This document shows positions 31,804 to 43,660 of a stretch of 64,000 bases of DNA, piece by piece. Made by a program: the position numbers and the translations under genes. A model generated the notes under the pieces. The model saw only the letters and a program-made list of their open reading frames with translations, was not told where the DNA came from and ran no database searches. The DNA comes from Bacteroidota bacterium (GTDB lineage: Bacteria; Bacteroidota; Ignavibacteria; OLB7): NCBI GenBank assembly GCA_048498995.1, contig JBEHWX010000013.1, forward strand, positions 19,437-83,436, read 5' to 3'. The first letter of the stretch is position 1, and the number at the start of each line of letters is the position of its first letter.

Positions 31804-31890
31804 GGTACCCGGGGCGGGATTTGAACCCGCATGACGCTTTCGCGACCTCAGATTTTAAGTCTGATGCGTATACCGTTCCGCCACCCGGGC
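31804..31890 (-). tRNA. tRNA-Leu (anticodon UAA)
   Basis: Minus-strand sequence GCCCGGGTGGCGGAACGGTATACGCATCAGACTTAAAATCTGAGGTCGCGAAAGCGTCATGCGGGTTCAAATCCCGCCCCGGGTACC. 7-bp acceptor stem (G1-U72), D arm, anticodon loop CTTAAAA, long variable arm (type II), T arm GCGGG-TTCAAAT-CCCGC. Confidence 0.9.
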
Positions 31891-31995
31891 TCATCCGTCG
31901 GCATCGGGTGATGCCGACGGAGGCATGCGCTATCTGCGCGATCCCCGGTTTCCCCTCATCTCACGCCCGAGAAGGCGCCGTCCCTCGCGGGAATC

Positions 31996-34062
31996 TCAGG
32001 CGTTGTCCGAGCTCTCGGCGGTGCCCTCCGAGCCCTCGCCGCCGCTGGCCGGCTCGGCGGCCGGCTGCTGCGCGATCTCCGGGTTCGGCTCACGGGTTCC
32101 CTGATCCTCCATCGGAGGCGTGCCCGAGGCTCCGGCGGCCGAGATCGTCTCCTCGGCCGCACCCGCCTTCGGCGCGCTCGGCGCGGCCGCGCTCTGCGTC
32201 GAGGAAGGCTGCTGCTTCGGCTCCGGCTGAGGCTTCTCCTCCTGCTGCATGTTCGGGAAGAGCTTCTCCTTGATCGACTGGCCGATCATGTCGCCGATCG
32301 AGAAGCTTCCCCTCGTCTCGGAGGACTTCATCTCGTTGACCGGCTGCGCGCTCGGCATCGGGCCGCGACGATCGTCGCGATCACGATCACGGCCGCCGCC
32401 TCCGCGGCGCTCGCCACGACCGCCGCCACCACCTTCGCCTCCCTCGCCACGCTCCGGCATCGGCAGGCCGAAGATCAGCGACAGACGCGTCGGATCGACC
32501 TCGATCACCCCGACGTTGATCTTGTCACCGGCCTTCATGTCCGGAAGGCGCTTGGCCTCGCGTCCCATGCGGCCGCGCGGCAGGAAGCCCTCGACATCCT
32601 CGAGGCCGACGACCAGCCCCTTGTTGGAGATCTCCTTGATCTCGCCTTCCCAGCTGGTGCCGACGGCATACTTCTGGGCGAGCGTCTCCCACGGGTTCTC
32701 CTGCGCCTGACGGAAGCTGAGGCTGAGGCGCTTCTTCCGTCCGGAGACGTCGAGCACCTTCACCGGGATCTCCTGTCCCTTCTTCAGCACTTCCTTCGGG
32801 TTGTGGATCCGCTTGGTCCAGGAGAGCTCCGAGGCGCGGATAAAGCCCTCGATGCCCGGCTCGAGCTCCACGAAGGCGCCCATCTTCCCAAGGCCGACCA
32901 CCTTCCCCTGCTGCACGCTGGCGGCCGGGTACTTGTTCTCGGCATCCTCCCACGGCGAGGGGAGAAGCTCCTTGCGGCCGAGATAGATCCGCTCCTTCTC
33001 CTTGTCGATCTCCCGCACGATCACCTCGACCTCCTCTCCCTTGGTCAGGAGCTGGCTCGGATGACGTCCGCGGGTGTAGCTGATCTCGGTGGTATGGAGC
33101 AGGCCGTCGATCCCCCCGAGGTCGACGAAGACGCCGAAATCGAGGATCGAGGAGACCCGTCCACGAATACGCTGTCCGACCTCGAGCGAGTCGAGGAGCG
33201 AGCGGCGGAGAATCGGCCGGCGCGTCGCCGTCACGCGGCGGGCGTCGGTGTCGAAATCGGTCATCTCGAGGACATTCGCGAGAACCTTCTCGTTGTTCCC
33301 CTTCGACTCACCCTGGGCGCTCTCCTCCGGCTGACGAAGGAGGGTCCAGTGCGACATCGGGATGAAGACCTCGATTCCCTTGTAGTGGCAGACGACGCCG
33401 CCACGATTGCGGGAGATGACCTCGAGCTCGATCGGCTCGTTGTTCTCCTTCTTTGCGGCCAGCTCCGACCAGAGCTCGCGCATTTCCGGCTCGCTCAGCT
33501 GCGGGAGCTTGCTGCCGCGACTGCCGCGGCGGCCACGTCCCTCACCGGCCTCGCCGCCAGCCTCCTCTGTCTGCGCATCGGACGCAACTGCCTCCCCCTC
33601 GGTGGCATCGCCGCCGGCGGCATCGCCACCAGTGGAAGCCTCGCTTGGAGAAGCCTCGCTGGTGGACGCATCGCCCGCGGGTGCGCCTCCGGTGGCATCA
33701 CCGGCCGGAGCGGGAGAAGCCGCGGGCGCGGACTCGGCCGTCGGAGGATGCTCCGCGGTGCTTCCGGCGTTACCGGAGGCTCCGGACTCGGCGGATGCGC
33801 CTGCCTCGGAGGCCGCCTCGGGGGCCGCCTCGGCCGTGCTCCCCGTCGGGGCTGCTTCCGCAGCGGATTCCGCTCCGGTGGAGGACTGTTCGGCCTGAGG
33901 TTCGGAGGTTCCATGTGCGAGCGACCCGGTCTCCGAAGTCGACGCGCCGGACTGCGACGTCTGATCTCCGGTTTCCTGTGTTCCGATGTTCTCCGATCCC
34001 TCGGGCATGGGGTTGGAGCCGGTCGGCTCCTGCTGCTCGAAGGTGTTTCCAGATTCCGTCAT
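31996..34062 (-). CDS. rpsA: 30S ribosomal protein S1 with long low-complexity N- and C-terminal extensions
   Basis: 688 aa. Four recognisable S1/OB repeats (GVVCHYKGIEVFIPMSHW; RIRGRVSSILDFGVFVDLGGIDGLLHTTEIS; GKVVGLGKMGAFVELEPGIEGFIRASELS; GEIKEISNKGLVVGLEDVEGFLPRG). About 180-aa Ala/Ser/Gly/Glu-rich N-terminus and Gly/Arg/Asp-rich C-terminus. Confidence 0.88.
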   Translation of the reverse strand: MTESGNTFEQQEPTGSNPMPEGSENIGTQETGDQTSQSGASTSETGSLAHGTSEPQAEQSSTGAESAAEAAPTGSTAEAAPEAASEAGASAESGASGNAGSTAEHPPTAESAPAASPAPAGDATGGAPAGDASTSEASPSEASTGGDAAGGDATEGEAVASDAQTEEAGGEAGEGRGRRGSRGSKLPQLSEPEMRELWSELAAKKENNEPIELEVISRNRGGVVCHYKGIEVFIPMSHWTLLRQPEESAQGESKGNNEKVLANVLEMTDFDTDARRVTATRRPILRRSLLDSLEVGQRIRGRVSSILDFGVFVDLGGIDGLLHTTEISYTRGRHPSQLLTKGEEVEVIVREIDKEKERIYLGRKELLPSPWEDAENKYPAASVQQGKVVGLGKMGAFVELEPGIEGFIRASELSWTKRIHNPKEVLKKGQEIPVKVLDVSGRKKRLSLSFRQAQENPWETLAQKYAVGTSWEGEIKEISNKGLVVGLEDVEGFLPRGRMGREAKRLPDMKAGDKINVGVIEVDPTRLSLIFGLPMPERGEGGEGGGGGRGERRGGGGRDRDRDDRRGPMPSAQPVNEMKSSETRGSFSIGDMIGQSIKEKLFPNMQQEEKPQPEPKQQPSSTQSAAAPSAPKAGAAEETISAAGASGTPPMEDQGTREPNPEIAQQPAAEPASGGEGSEGTAESSDNA

Positions 34063-34266
34063 GTCAATACGGGCTTCCGTGCGAGTGAAGAAGGTACGCA
34101 GTACGCGCAGTACGCTGTGATGGAGCCACCTTTCTGCTTAATGACACCATACGAGTGCGCAAACAAAGGGCGGGCAATATACGACGAGGAGTAGAATGCA
34201 CAAGCTCGGTCAGGAATGCGGATTTCGGTCGAGGCTGGTATGATTTTTTATCTTTGCCGCAGCCAT

Positions 34267-34869
34267 ATGCTTGTCCGACTGAGTTACGTTTTCATCCTCT
34301 GCGCGCTGGCGATCGCCGCGCTGCTCTACGTTCACTTCACCCGCTCCGGCGGTGAGGTCAACGCTTCCTACGTCGGCGTGAATCGATGCGGGACGTGCCA
34401 CGCCTCGGCCAGCTCCGGGGCGCAGTTCAAGATCTGGGCGTCGGGCCCGCATTCCAAAGCCTATGCCTCGCTCGGCTCGGATTCGGCCATGGCCTATATC
34501 CGCGCCAACGGGGCGGCGATGGAAGCATGCCTCAAATGCCACTCCACTCTCGGCCGCAAGGCCCTCAATCCCCACGAGGAGCGCGTCGACGCCGAGGGAA
34601 TCGGCTGCGAGCGCTGCCATGGGCCCGGAGGAAGCTACGCGACCTACAATGTAATGAAGGAGCGCGAGGCGTTTCTCGATAACGGCGGGATCGTTGGGAC
34701 GTTACGTGATTGTTACAACTGCCATGCTGCGAATCCGGCGAATGATCCGCATCATTGCCCCTTCCAACATGCAACGTTCAACGCAGATTCCGCCTGGACG
34801 CTGATCCGGCACGATGTTCGGACGACCGCCGGACAGCCGGACACCGTTCTCAAGCTCCGCGAACCATGA
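34267..34869 (+). CDS. membrane-anchored tetraheme c-type cytochrome
   Basis: N-terminal TM anchor (MLVRLSYVFILCALAIAALLYV). Four CxxCH motifs (CGTCH, CLKCH, CERCH, CYNCH). Start at ATG 34267. Stop overlaps murI start (ATGA). Confidence 0.75.
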   Translation: MLVRLSYVFILCALAIAALLYVHFTRSGGEVNASYVGVNRCGTCHASASSGAQFKIWASGPHSKAYASLGSDSAMAYIRANGAAMEACLKCHSTLGRKALNPHEERVDAEGIGCERCHGPGGSYATYNVMKEREAFLDNGGIVGTLRDCYNCHAANPANDPHHCPFQHATFNADSAWTLIRHDVRTTAGQPDTVLKLREP

Positions 34870-35690
34870 CCAACAGCTCTCTTCCGATCGGCCTGTTCGA
34901 CTCCGGCGTCGGCGGCCTTACCGTGGCACGCTGCGTCATGGAGCTTCTGCCGCACGAGAACATCGTCTACTTCGGGGACACCGCCCGTGTCCCCTATGGA
35001 TCGAAGTCCCCGGAGACCGTGATCCGCTACTCCCTTCAGGCGGCCGCGTTCCTGGAGTCGCAGGGGGTGAAGATGATCATCATCGCCTGCAACACCGCCT
35101 CGGCCGTCGCCCTTGAGAAAGTCCAGTCGGCCGTGAGCGTTCCGGTCATCGGCGTCATCCAGCCGGGAGCCGGCGCGGCCATCGCGGCCTCGCGCGGCGG
35201 CGCCATCGGCGTGATCGCCACCGAGGGGACCGTCCGCTCGAACGCGTATCAGGACGCGCTGCGCGCCACCAGCCCGTCGGTCTCGGTCGTGGCCAAGGCC
35301 TGCCCCCTCTTCGTCGCCTTCGCCGAGGAGGGACTCGACTATCATCAGGCCACCAGGATCATCGCGCGGGAATATCTCCGGCCGCTGCTCGACCGCTCGA
35401 TCGACACGCTGATCATGGGATGCACCCATTACCCGGTGCTGAAGCCGAGCATCGCCGAGGTGGCCGGTGAGCGGGTGACGCTGATCGATCCGGGGGTGGC
35501 GACCGCCGAGCGGGCCAAGGAAGTGCTCGGGGAGATGGGACTGCTCAACCACTCCACCTCCCTTCCGCGCCACGATTACTATCTGAGCGATATTCCCCTG
35601 AAGTTCATGGAGGTCGGCGGCCGCTTTCTCGGACGCCCCCTCCGCCATGTCCATCCCCTCTCGCTCGACGAGCTGACGCAGATGTTCTGA
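34866..35690 (+). CDS. murI: glutamate racemase
   Basis: MTNSSLPIGLFDSGVGGLTVARCVMELLPHENIVYFGDTARVPYG...IIIACNTAS...MGCTHYP, the MurI signature with two catalytic Cys regions. Start ATG 34866. Confidence 0.9.
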   Translation: MTNSSLPIGLFDSGVGGLTVARCVMELLPHENIVYFGDTARVPYGSKSPETVIRYSLQAAAFLESQGVKMIIIACNTASAVALEKVQSAVSVPVIGVIQPGAGAAIAASRGGAIGVIATEGTVRSNAYQDALRATSPSVSVVAKACPLFVAFAEEGLDYHQATRIIAREYLRPLLDRSIDTLIMGCTHYPVLKPSIAEVAGERVTLIDPGVATAERAKEVLGEMGLLNHSTSLPRHDYYLSDIPLKFMEVGGRFLGRPLRHVHPLSLDELTQMF

Positions 35691-35786
35691 GCCGCCGCGC
35701 GAAGATTGATCGCGAAGACTCGCGGCGCCTTATGCACTCGCGGCCGTTCCCGCAATCAACTCTCATTCATCAGGAGCCGATCCCCA

Positions 35787-35885
35787 ATGAGCAACCCACG
35801 ACTGGAGCGGACGATCGTGATCGCCGGCGTGCTCCTCACGATCGTCGCAACCTGGTATATCCTCGCCGTGCTGATACGCCGGTAG
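35787..35885 (+). CDS. 32-aa single-TM small protein (hypothetical)
   Basis: MSNPRLERTIVIAGVLLTIVATWYILAVLIRR. AGGAG about 11 nt upstream of ATG 35787. Intergenic between murI and the convergent regulator gene. Confidence 0.3.
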   Translation: MSNPRLERTIVIAGVLLTIVATWYILAVLIRR

Positions 35886-35967
35886 ATCCGGGCCACGCGG
35901 CCCGGCGGTCGCCACGCGCGCCATCACGGCCACGCGGCGCCTCCAGGCGGCGCATCGAGGCCGCGTC

Positions 35968-37293
<1,326 letters not shown>

Positions 37294-37304
37294 GGCGTGC
37301 TGAG

Positions 37305-39200
37305 TCAGGAGAGCCGGAGGCTCGTGTCGTCATCGGGATGGACAGACTCGACCGGCGGATGCGCCAGTCGATCGAGCGGGATGCGGACGGTGAAGCAGGA
37401 GCCCTTGTGCAGCTCGCTCACCACCGAGATCCGACCGCCGTAATGTTCGACAACGTCCTTGGCAATCGCAAGTCCGAGGCCGACGCTGCCGGGGGTCGAG
37501 ATGGCCGAGTCGCCGACCTGATGAAATTTCTGGAAGATCCTGCCGATGCTGTCGAGCGGGATGCCGTGCCCGGTATCGGTCACCGCCATCACCAGATCCT
37601 CCCCGTCGAGCCCGAGCGTCAACTCCACCGACCCGCCGCCGTCGGTGTGGCGCACGGCGTTGGAGATCAGGTTGTTGAGTACCCAGCGAAGCTCCTCCGG
37701 ATCGGCCCAGACCGAGGGAACGCCGTGCGCGATCGTCGAACGGAGCTCGACCCCCTTCTCCTGCGCCGGCAGCCGGTGCGGCTTGAGCACCGCCTCCACC
37801 AGCCCCTCCAGATCCACCTGCGCGAACGTCCGGTGATCGAGCGTCCCCTCGAGCCGCGAGAGCTCCAGCAGATCGGTGATCAGCTTCGACAGGCGCTTGC
37901 AGTCGTCCTTGCTGGAGGCGAGCAGATCGCGCTGCGCCTCGTTCATCGGCCCGAGCAGTTCCTCGCGCAGGATGTCGATGCTCATGATGATCGAGGTCAG
38001 CGGCGTCCGGAACTCGTGGGAGACCTTGGCCAGGAACTCCGACTTCAGGCGGTCGAGCTCCTTGAAATGGGTGATGTCGCTGAAGACCGCCACCACGCCG
38101 TCGACCGTCGAGGTGGTCTCCAGCGGCAGCACGGTGACGGCGAAGAAGCGCTCGGCCCCCTCCTCCCGCACCATGTAGATGTAGGGACTGCCGACACCCG
38201 CCTCCTCGCCGACGAGCGCGTGTCCGAGCGCGCGGACCACGCCATCGTCGGCCACCAGCTCGTCGATGTTCCGTCCCACGTAGGATGCGTGCAGCGGATG
38301 GCGGAAGAGGGTGAGCGCGGCGTTGTTGATCAGGAGCGTCCGTCCCTGCGCGTCGACCACCACGATCGGCGTGGCGATCGACTGCACGATGGTCTCCACC
38401 TTCCGCTTCTCCAGCAGCAGCTGCTCGATGTTCATCGCCTCGTAGCGACGAAGACGCTCGATCATCCTGTTGAACTCGAAGGAGAGATCCCCGAGCTCGT
38501 CGGCGGTCGTGATCAGGATCGTTTCGCCGAGGCGCCCGCCGGTGAGGTTCTTGACCGCCTGCGTCAGACGCTGGATCGGCCGGATGGCCCAGCGAGAGTA
38601 GTAGAAGCCGCCGACCACGCCGAGCAGCGTGGCCAGCACCGTGGCCGCCCCGACGATCACCAGCGCGTTCTGCAGCTCGTTGGCCAGCGATTCGCGCATC
38701 GCGCGGATCTCCACGCGATTCTGGTAGAAGAGGTTGTAGCAGTCCTCCTTCAACGAGGCGGCGGCCGGCTGCACCTGCGCGTAGAGCACCTCCCGTCCGC
38801 CGCCGGTCATCAGCGCGTGCCGGTACTCGGAGCTCCGCTGAATGAACCGGTCGTACCCCTCGTGGATCCCCTGGATCAGCTCCCCCCGCCCCGGAAGCCC
38901 GGAGCTTTCCGGGATCGAGGAGAGGCGCAGCTTGAAGTCGGCCGTGTTCTGTTCGAAGAGCGAGGTGAGCTCGGCGTTGGCCACGCCGGGCGTCATCTGC
39001 TGGAGCAGCTGGAACTGCCGGTCGATGATCGCCACCAGCTCCACGATCTTCGAGGTCAGCTCGTAGTTGGTCGAGGTGGCCTGCGTCATCGACTCGCCGA
39101 CCTGCGAGAACTGGAAGATCGACCAGAGACCGAACATGATGTTCACCGCCACGATGGCGGCGAAGCCGGCCAGGATTTTCGAGCGTAGGGTCGTGAACAT
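37305..39200 (-). CDS. sensor histidine kinase (TM, HAMP, PAS, HisKA, HATPase)
   Basis: 631 aa. Two TM segments flank a periplasmic region. HAMP-like linker, PAS-like segment, H-box (SHEFRTPLTSI), G-boxes (GLGLAIAK). Gene is 11 nt from its partner regulator. Confidence 0.9.
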   Translation of the reverse strand: MFTTLRSKILAGFAAIVAVNIMFGLWSIFQFSQVGESMTQATSTNYELTSKIVELVAIIDRQFQLLQQMTPGVANAELTSLFEQNTADFKLRLSSIPESSGLPGRGELIQGIHEGYDRFIQRSSEYRHALMTGGGREVLYAQVQPAAASLKEDCYNLFYQNRVEIRAMRESLANELQNALVIVGAATVLATLLGVVGGFYYSRWAIRPIQRLTQAVKNLTGGRLGETILITTADELGDLSFEFNRMIERLRRYEAMNIEQLLLEKRKVETIVQSIATPIVVVDAQGRTLLINNAALTLFRHPLHASYVGRNIDELVADDGVVRALGHALVGEEAGVGSPYIYMVREEGAERFFAVTVLPLETTSTVDGVVAVFSDITHFKELDRLKSEFLAKVSHEFRTPLTSIIMSIDILREELLGPMNEAQRDLLASSKDDCKRLSKLITDLLELSRLEGTLDHRTFAQVDLEGLVEAVLKPHRLPAQEKGVELRSTIAHGVPSVWADPEELRWVLNNLISNAVRHTDGGGSVELTLGLDGEDLVMAVTDTGHGIPLDSIGRIFQKFHQVGDSAISTPGSVGLGLAIAKDVVEHYGGRISVVSELHKGSCFTVRIPLDRLAHPPVESVHPDDDTSLRLS

Positions 39201-39447
39201 GCGCTTCAGGATTCGGAACGATCGACGCGGCGCGGCCCGATGCCGCTACCGGTCGGAAGTGACGGGCGGACGCCGAGGGCGGCCGTCACGGAAGAAACGA
39301 ACGATCGCCCCGCCCGATTGCGCGATCACGCTCCGATGTCGCCATCGAGCCGGGCACCAACGGCACGAGGCCCGACCCCGCCCTGTACGGACCGGGTCGG
39401 GCCTCGCGACGATGTCTGACGCTTCGGCATGGCCGGCGCGCGTCGGA

Positions 39448-41697
39448 TCAGAGCACCGGCTCCGACTCCATGGCGCGCTCGATCGCGTTCATGTAGATGT
39501 CGGCGATCGCGGCAACGGTCGTGTCGATCGCGTCGTTGAGCTTGAAGCGCTCGCGCGTCACCCGGCCGATCGTCGTGAACGGCACGTCGTGCGCCGCGGC
39601 GATCGCGGCCAGACGGTCACGATCCTCTACCCGGTAGCTGAGCACCACGCGGGACTGCGACTCGCCGAAGAGCGCGGCGATCATATCCTCGCCGCGATAC
39701 TCCGCCTCCACGCCGAGCGCGCGCCCCTCGGAGTGAATCGCGCTCTCGGCCAGCGCGATCGCGATACCTCCCTCGGCGCAATCGTGCGCGGAGCGGACGA
39801 GCCCGGCGCGGATCCCCTCCAGGAGGGCGCGCTGCAGGCGGATCTCCGCCTCGATGTCGAGCGCCGGAGCGTCGCCGGCGACGGAACCGGAGCGGAGCGA
39901 GAGAAGCTCGGAGCCACCGAGCTCGAAGCGCTCGAAGCCGAACAGCGCCACCTCGTTCCCCTCCTCGCGGAAGCCGGCCGAGGTCACGTGGCTCAGGTCC
40001 TCGATCACCCCGAGCATGCCGATCGTCGGCGTCGGGAACACGGCGCGCTGCTGCGACTCGTTGTGGAACGAGACGTTGCCGCCGGTGACCGGCGTGTCGA
40101 GCGCGCGGCAGGCATCTCCCATTCCCCGGATCGCCTCGCGGAACTGCCAGTAGACTTCCGGGTTGTACGGGTTGCCGAAGTTCAGGCAGTTGGTGATCGC
40201 CACCGGCACCGCGCCGGTGCAGGCCACGTTGCGCGCCGCCTCGACCACGGCGGTCATGCCGCCGACATACGGGTTCAGATAGACGTAACGGCTGTTGCAG
40301 TCGGTCGCCAGGGCGATACCACGGCCCGGGATCTCCTTCAGGCGCATCACGGCGGCGTCGGAGGCGAACGACTGGACCGTGTTGGTGCGGACCATCGAAT
40401 CGTACTGCTCGAACACCCAGCGCTTGCTGGCGACGTTCGGCGAGGCCAGCAGCATCTCGAACGCCTCGCGCTCCTCGATCTGGCCGATCATGCCCCGTAC
40501 GTCGGCCGAGCGGACCTCGGCGACGTAGGAGGCCTCGCGCCACTCGCGCTGATAGACTGGGGCGCCGCCGCCGAGCACGAGGCTCTCGGCCGGCACGCGG
40601 GCCACCATCTCGTTGTGACGCCACACCTCGAGCGAGCCGTCGTCGGTGGTGACGCCGATCTCGGTGATCGGCACGTCCCACTTGGCGCAGATCCGGCGGG
40701 CCTCCTCGACGTTCGAGGGATCGACCACCAGCAGCATCCGCTCCTGCGACTCGCTCAGCATGATCTCGTAGGCCGACATCCCGGCCTCGCGCAGCGGCAC
40801 CTTGTCCAGGTCGATCCGCATGCCGGTCTCTCCCTTGGCGGACATCTCGGTGGTCGAGCAGCTGATGCCGGCCGCCCCCATGTCCTGCATGCCGATGACG
40901 ATGCCGGCGGCGATCAGCTCGAGCGACGCTTCCAGCAGAAGCTTCTCGCTGAACGGGTCGCCGACCTGGACGGTCGGGCGCATGCTCTCGGTCTGCTCGT
41001 CGAACTCGCGCGAGGCCAGCAGCGACGCGCCATGGATGCCGTCGCGGCCGGTGCGGGAGCCGAGGATCATCACGGTGTTCCCCGGCGAGCCGGAGGTGGC
41101 CGAGACGGTGCCGTCGGCCTTCACGATGCCGACGGCCATCGCGTTGACCAGCGGATTATCGCGATAGCAATCCTCGAAGAAGATCTCGCCGCCGACGGTC
41201 GGGACGCCGAAGGAGTTCCCGTAATCGGCGATGCCGCGCACGACCCCTTCGAGCAGGAATCGGGTGCGGGGAAAATCGAGGCGACCGAAGCGGAGGGAAT
41301 CGAGCGCGGCGATCGGCCGGGCGCCCATCGTGAAGATGTCACGAAGGATGCCGCCGACGCCGGTGGCCGCTCCCTGGTAGGGCTCGACCGCCGAGGGATG
41401 GTTGTGGCTCTCGATCTTGAAGGCGACCGCGTAGCCGCCGCCGACATCGACCAGTCCGGCGTTCTCCGACCCGGCCTCGACCAGAAGCCGCCCGCCGCTG
41501 CGCGGCAGGGTCTTCAGCTGCGCGATCGAGTTCTTGTAGCTGCAGTGCTCGCTCCACATCACCGAGTAGATGCCGAGCTCCGTGTAGTTCGGCGCGCGGC
41601 CCAGAATCTCGGTGATACGGTTGTACTCAGCCTCCGTCAGGCCGAGCGCGATGCCGTCCTGCAGTGTCGTCGTTCGAGTATCGTGCGTCTGCGACAT
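39448..41697 (-). CDS. purL: phosphoribosylformylglycinamidine synthase subunit II
   Basis: 749 aa, canonical PurL N-terminus ([14 protein letters not shown]) and AIR-synthase-related duplicated domains. Confidence 0.95.
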   Translation of the reverse strand: MSQTHDTRTTTLQDGIALGLTEAEYNRITEILGRAPNYTELGIYSVMWSEHCSYKNSIAQLKTLPRSGGRLLVEAGSENAGLVDVGGGYAVAFKIESHNHPSAVEPYQGAATGVGGILRDIFTMGARPIAALDSLRFGRLDFPRTRFLLEGVVRGIADYGNSFGVPTVGGEIFFEDCYRDNPLVNAMAVGIVKADGTVSATSGSPGNTVMILGSRTGRDGIHGASLLASREFDEQTESMRPTVQVGDPFSEKLLLEASLELIAAGIVIGMQDMGAAGISCSTTEMSAKGETGMRIDLDKVPLREAGMSAYEIMLSESQERMLLVVDPSNVEEARRICAKWDVPITEIGVTTDDGSLEVWRHNEMVARVPAESLVLGGGAPVYQREWREASYVAEVRSADVRGMIGQIEEREAFEMLLASPNVASKRWVFEQYDSMVRTNTVQSFASDAAVMRLKEIPGRGIALATDCNSRYVYLNPYVGGMTAVVEAARNVACTGAVPVAITNCLNFGNPYNPEVYWQFREAIRGMGDACRALDTPVTGGNVSFHNESQQRAVFPTPTIGMLGVIEDLSHVTSAGFREEGNEVALFGFERFELGGSELLSLRSGSVAGDAPALDIEAEIRLQRALLEGIRAGLVRSAHDCAEGGIAIALAESAIHSEGRALGVEAEYRGEDMIAALFGESQSRVVLSYRVEDRDRLAAIAAAHDVPFTTIGRVTRERFKLNDAIDTTVAAIADIYMNAIERAMESEPVL

Positions 41698-41774
41698 GAA
41701 ATCGTCTTCGGTAAGGATTGCGGATGAGAGGATCGACCGTCATCGCCGGACCTGGGAGGCCGGCGGCGGCGGCA

Positions 41775-42056
41775 CTAGTACTTGAAGCGCCCGGAGGGCC
41801 AGTAGCTGACGACGAGCGCCACCACGGCGGCGAGCACGCCGAACGCGATCACCCCATACAGGGCGATGAGCGACCGGAGAACGGTCGGCGAGGCATTGCT
41901 CCGGAAGAGCCAGCCACGCCAGTTGCAGGCGTGGCAGCGATAGACTCCGTACAGAGGGAAGGCGTAGAACCTGAGGCGCTCCCCATTGCTCCGGAACCGG
42001 GATTTCTTCGGCGTTCCTGACTTGTAGCACTGAGGGCACGTGAGTTTCGAAGGCAT
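41775..42056 (-). CDS. small zinc-ribbon membrane protein (hypothetical)
   Basis: 93 aa. CPQC...CHAC (CxxC-N-CxxC) followed by a C-terminal TM helix (LIALYGVIAFGVLAAVVALVV). Confidence 0.45.
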   Translation of the reverse strand: MPSKLTCPQCYKSGTPKKSRFRSNGERLRFYAFPLYGVYRCHACNWRGWLFRSNASPTVLRSLIALYGVIAFGVLAAVVALVVSYWPSGRFKY

Positions 42057-42090
42057 AGATCAGTTGTCCCGCCGTCACAGGCCAGGGGCG

Positions 42091-43527
42091 TCAGCCTGTT
42101 GTGTGAAAGAGTTGTTCGATCCGTTCGTCGGCGCCGATGCCGGCCGCGATGGCCAGGCGGATCAGCTCCGGGTCGAGCTGCTGCTCCACCCCGCGCCAGT
42201 ACTCGCCGACGAAGCCGGTCGAGAAGTCGCCGCTCCGGAACGCGTCGCTGTGGAGCACGAACCGGCAGAACGGAATGGTGGTGCTCACGCCGGCCACGTG
42301 ATAGCGGTCGAGCGCCTCGAGCATCGTCGCGATCGCCTCCTCCCTCGTCTCCCCCCAGGTGATCAGCTTGGCGAGCATCGGATCGTAGTAGAGCGTCACC
42401 TGCATGCCCGGATAGAGTGACGAGTCCACGCGGATCCCGTCCCCGACCGGCTCGTGCAGATCGCGGATCGTCCCGATGCTCGGCATGAAGTTCTGGTAGA
42501 CGTCCTCGGCGCAGATGCGGCACTCGATGGCGTGCCCGCGCCGCCTGATCGACGCCGTGGTGATCTCCAGGGCTTCGCCGCGGGCCACGCGCAGCTGCAG
42601 CTCCACCAGATCGAGTCCGGTCACCAGCTCGGTCACCGGATGCTCCACCTGAAGCCTCGTGTTCACTTCGAGGAAGTAGAACCTGCCGTCGCGATCCAGA
42701 AGGAACTCGAGCGTGCCGGCGTTGGTGTAACCGGCCTCGCGGACGATCCGCTCGGCCGCCTCGAACATCGCGGCGCGGATCGTGTCGTCGATCGCGACCG
42801 ACGGCGCCTCCTCGATCACCTTCTGATGACGCCGCTGGATCGAGCACTCGCGCTCGCCGAGCACCGCCACGTTGCCGGTATCGTCGGCGATCACCTGCAG
42901 CTCGATATGTCGCGGTCCGATAATGTATTTCTCGAGGAACACCTCATCGCTGCCGAAGGAGCTCTGCGCCTCGCCGCGGGCCATGCGGATCGACTCCTCG
43001 AGCTTGTCGGGAGATTCGACCACCCGCATTCCCTTGCCGCCGCCACCGGCCGCGGCCTTCAGCAGCACCGGGTAGCCGATCCGGTCGGCGATCTCGCGAG
43101 CCTCCTCGAGCGACGTGATACCCGCGGTGGTGCCGGAGAGGACCGGCACGCCGGCCGCGATCGCCAGGCGCCGCGCGTTGGTCTTGCTGCCGAGATGCTC
43201 GATCGCGTCGGGACGGGGACCGACGAAGGTGACCCCCGCCTCCTGGCAGCGGCGCGCGAACTCCGCGTTCTCGCTCAGGAAGCCATAGCCAGGATGCACG
43301 GCATCGGCGCCGGACTCACGCACCGCGGCGATCACCTTCTCCATGTCGAGATAGGTCTCCGACGGACGAAGCCCGTCCAGGCGGACGGACATATCCGCCT
43401 CGGCCACGTGGAGGGAATCGGCGTCGGCATCGGAATAGATGGCGACGGTCTCGATCCCCATGGCGCGCGCGGTGCGGATCACGCGGCGGGCGATCTCGCC
43501 CCGGTTGGCGATAAGAAGACGCTTCAT
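42091..43527 (-). CDS. accC: biotin carboxylase (acetyl-CoA carboxylase subunit)
   Basis: MKRLLIANRGEIARRVIRTARAMGIETVAIYSDAD... with ATP-grasp motifs. Start at ATG 43527; the ORF-track N-extension overlaps mutS2. Confidence 0.9.
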   Translation of the reverse strand: MKRLLIANRGEIARRVIRTARAMGIETVAIYSDADADSLHVAEADMSVRLDGLRPSETYLDMEKVIAAVRESGADAVHPGYGFLSENAEFARRCQEAGVTFVGPRPDAIEHLGSKTNARRLAIAAGVPVLSGTTAGITSLEEAREIADRIGYPVLLKAAAGGGGKGMRVVESPDKLEESIRMARGEAQSSFGSDEVFLEKYIIGPRHIELQVIADDTGNVAVLGERECSIQRRHQKVIEEAPSVAIDDTIRAAMFEAAERIVREAGYTNAGTLEFLLDRDGRFYFLEVNTRLQVEHPVTELVTGLDLVELQLRVARGEALEITTASIRRRGHAIECRICAEDVYQNFMPSIGTIRDLHEPVGDGIRVDSSLYPGMQVTLYYDPMLAKLITWGETREEAIATMLEALDRYHVAGVSTTIPFCRFVLHSDAFRSGDFSTGFVGEYWRGVEQQLDPELIRLAIAAGIGADERIEQLFHTTG

Positions 43528-43660
43528 GTGGGACTTGATGCTGAACGATTCGGATGGAAGCCGCCCCGGCGCCGGAGGTATCTCCGATGAGACTCCCGGC
43601 GCGGGACCCGCTAGGGGGGTCCCGCGCGCGGCGGGCTCGGGGAGCGCGAACGAGGCGCGC

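Noticed and set aside
33453-34088. 211-aa plus ORF and other ORFs inside rpsA
   Set aside because: Antisense or alternate frames through the low-complexity 5' region of rpsA.
34060-34266. sigma-54 promoter upstream of the cytochrome gene
   Set aside because: The GG...GC spacing in CTGGTATGATTTTTTATCTTTGCC is 17 nt, not the required 10.
39617-40681. 354-aa minus-strand ORF and 886-aa plus-strand ORF 39067..41727
   Set aside because: Alternative frame or antisense of purL.
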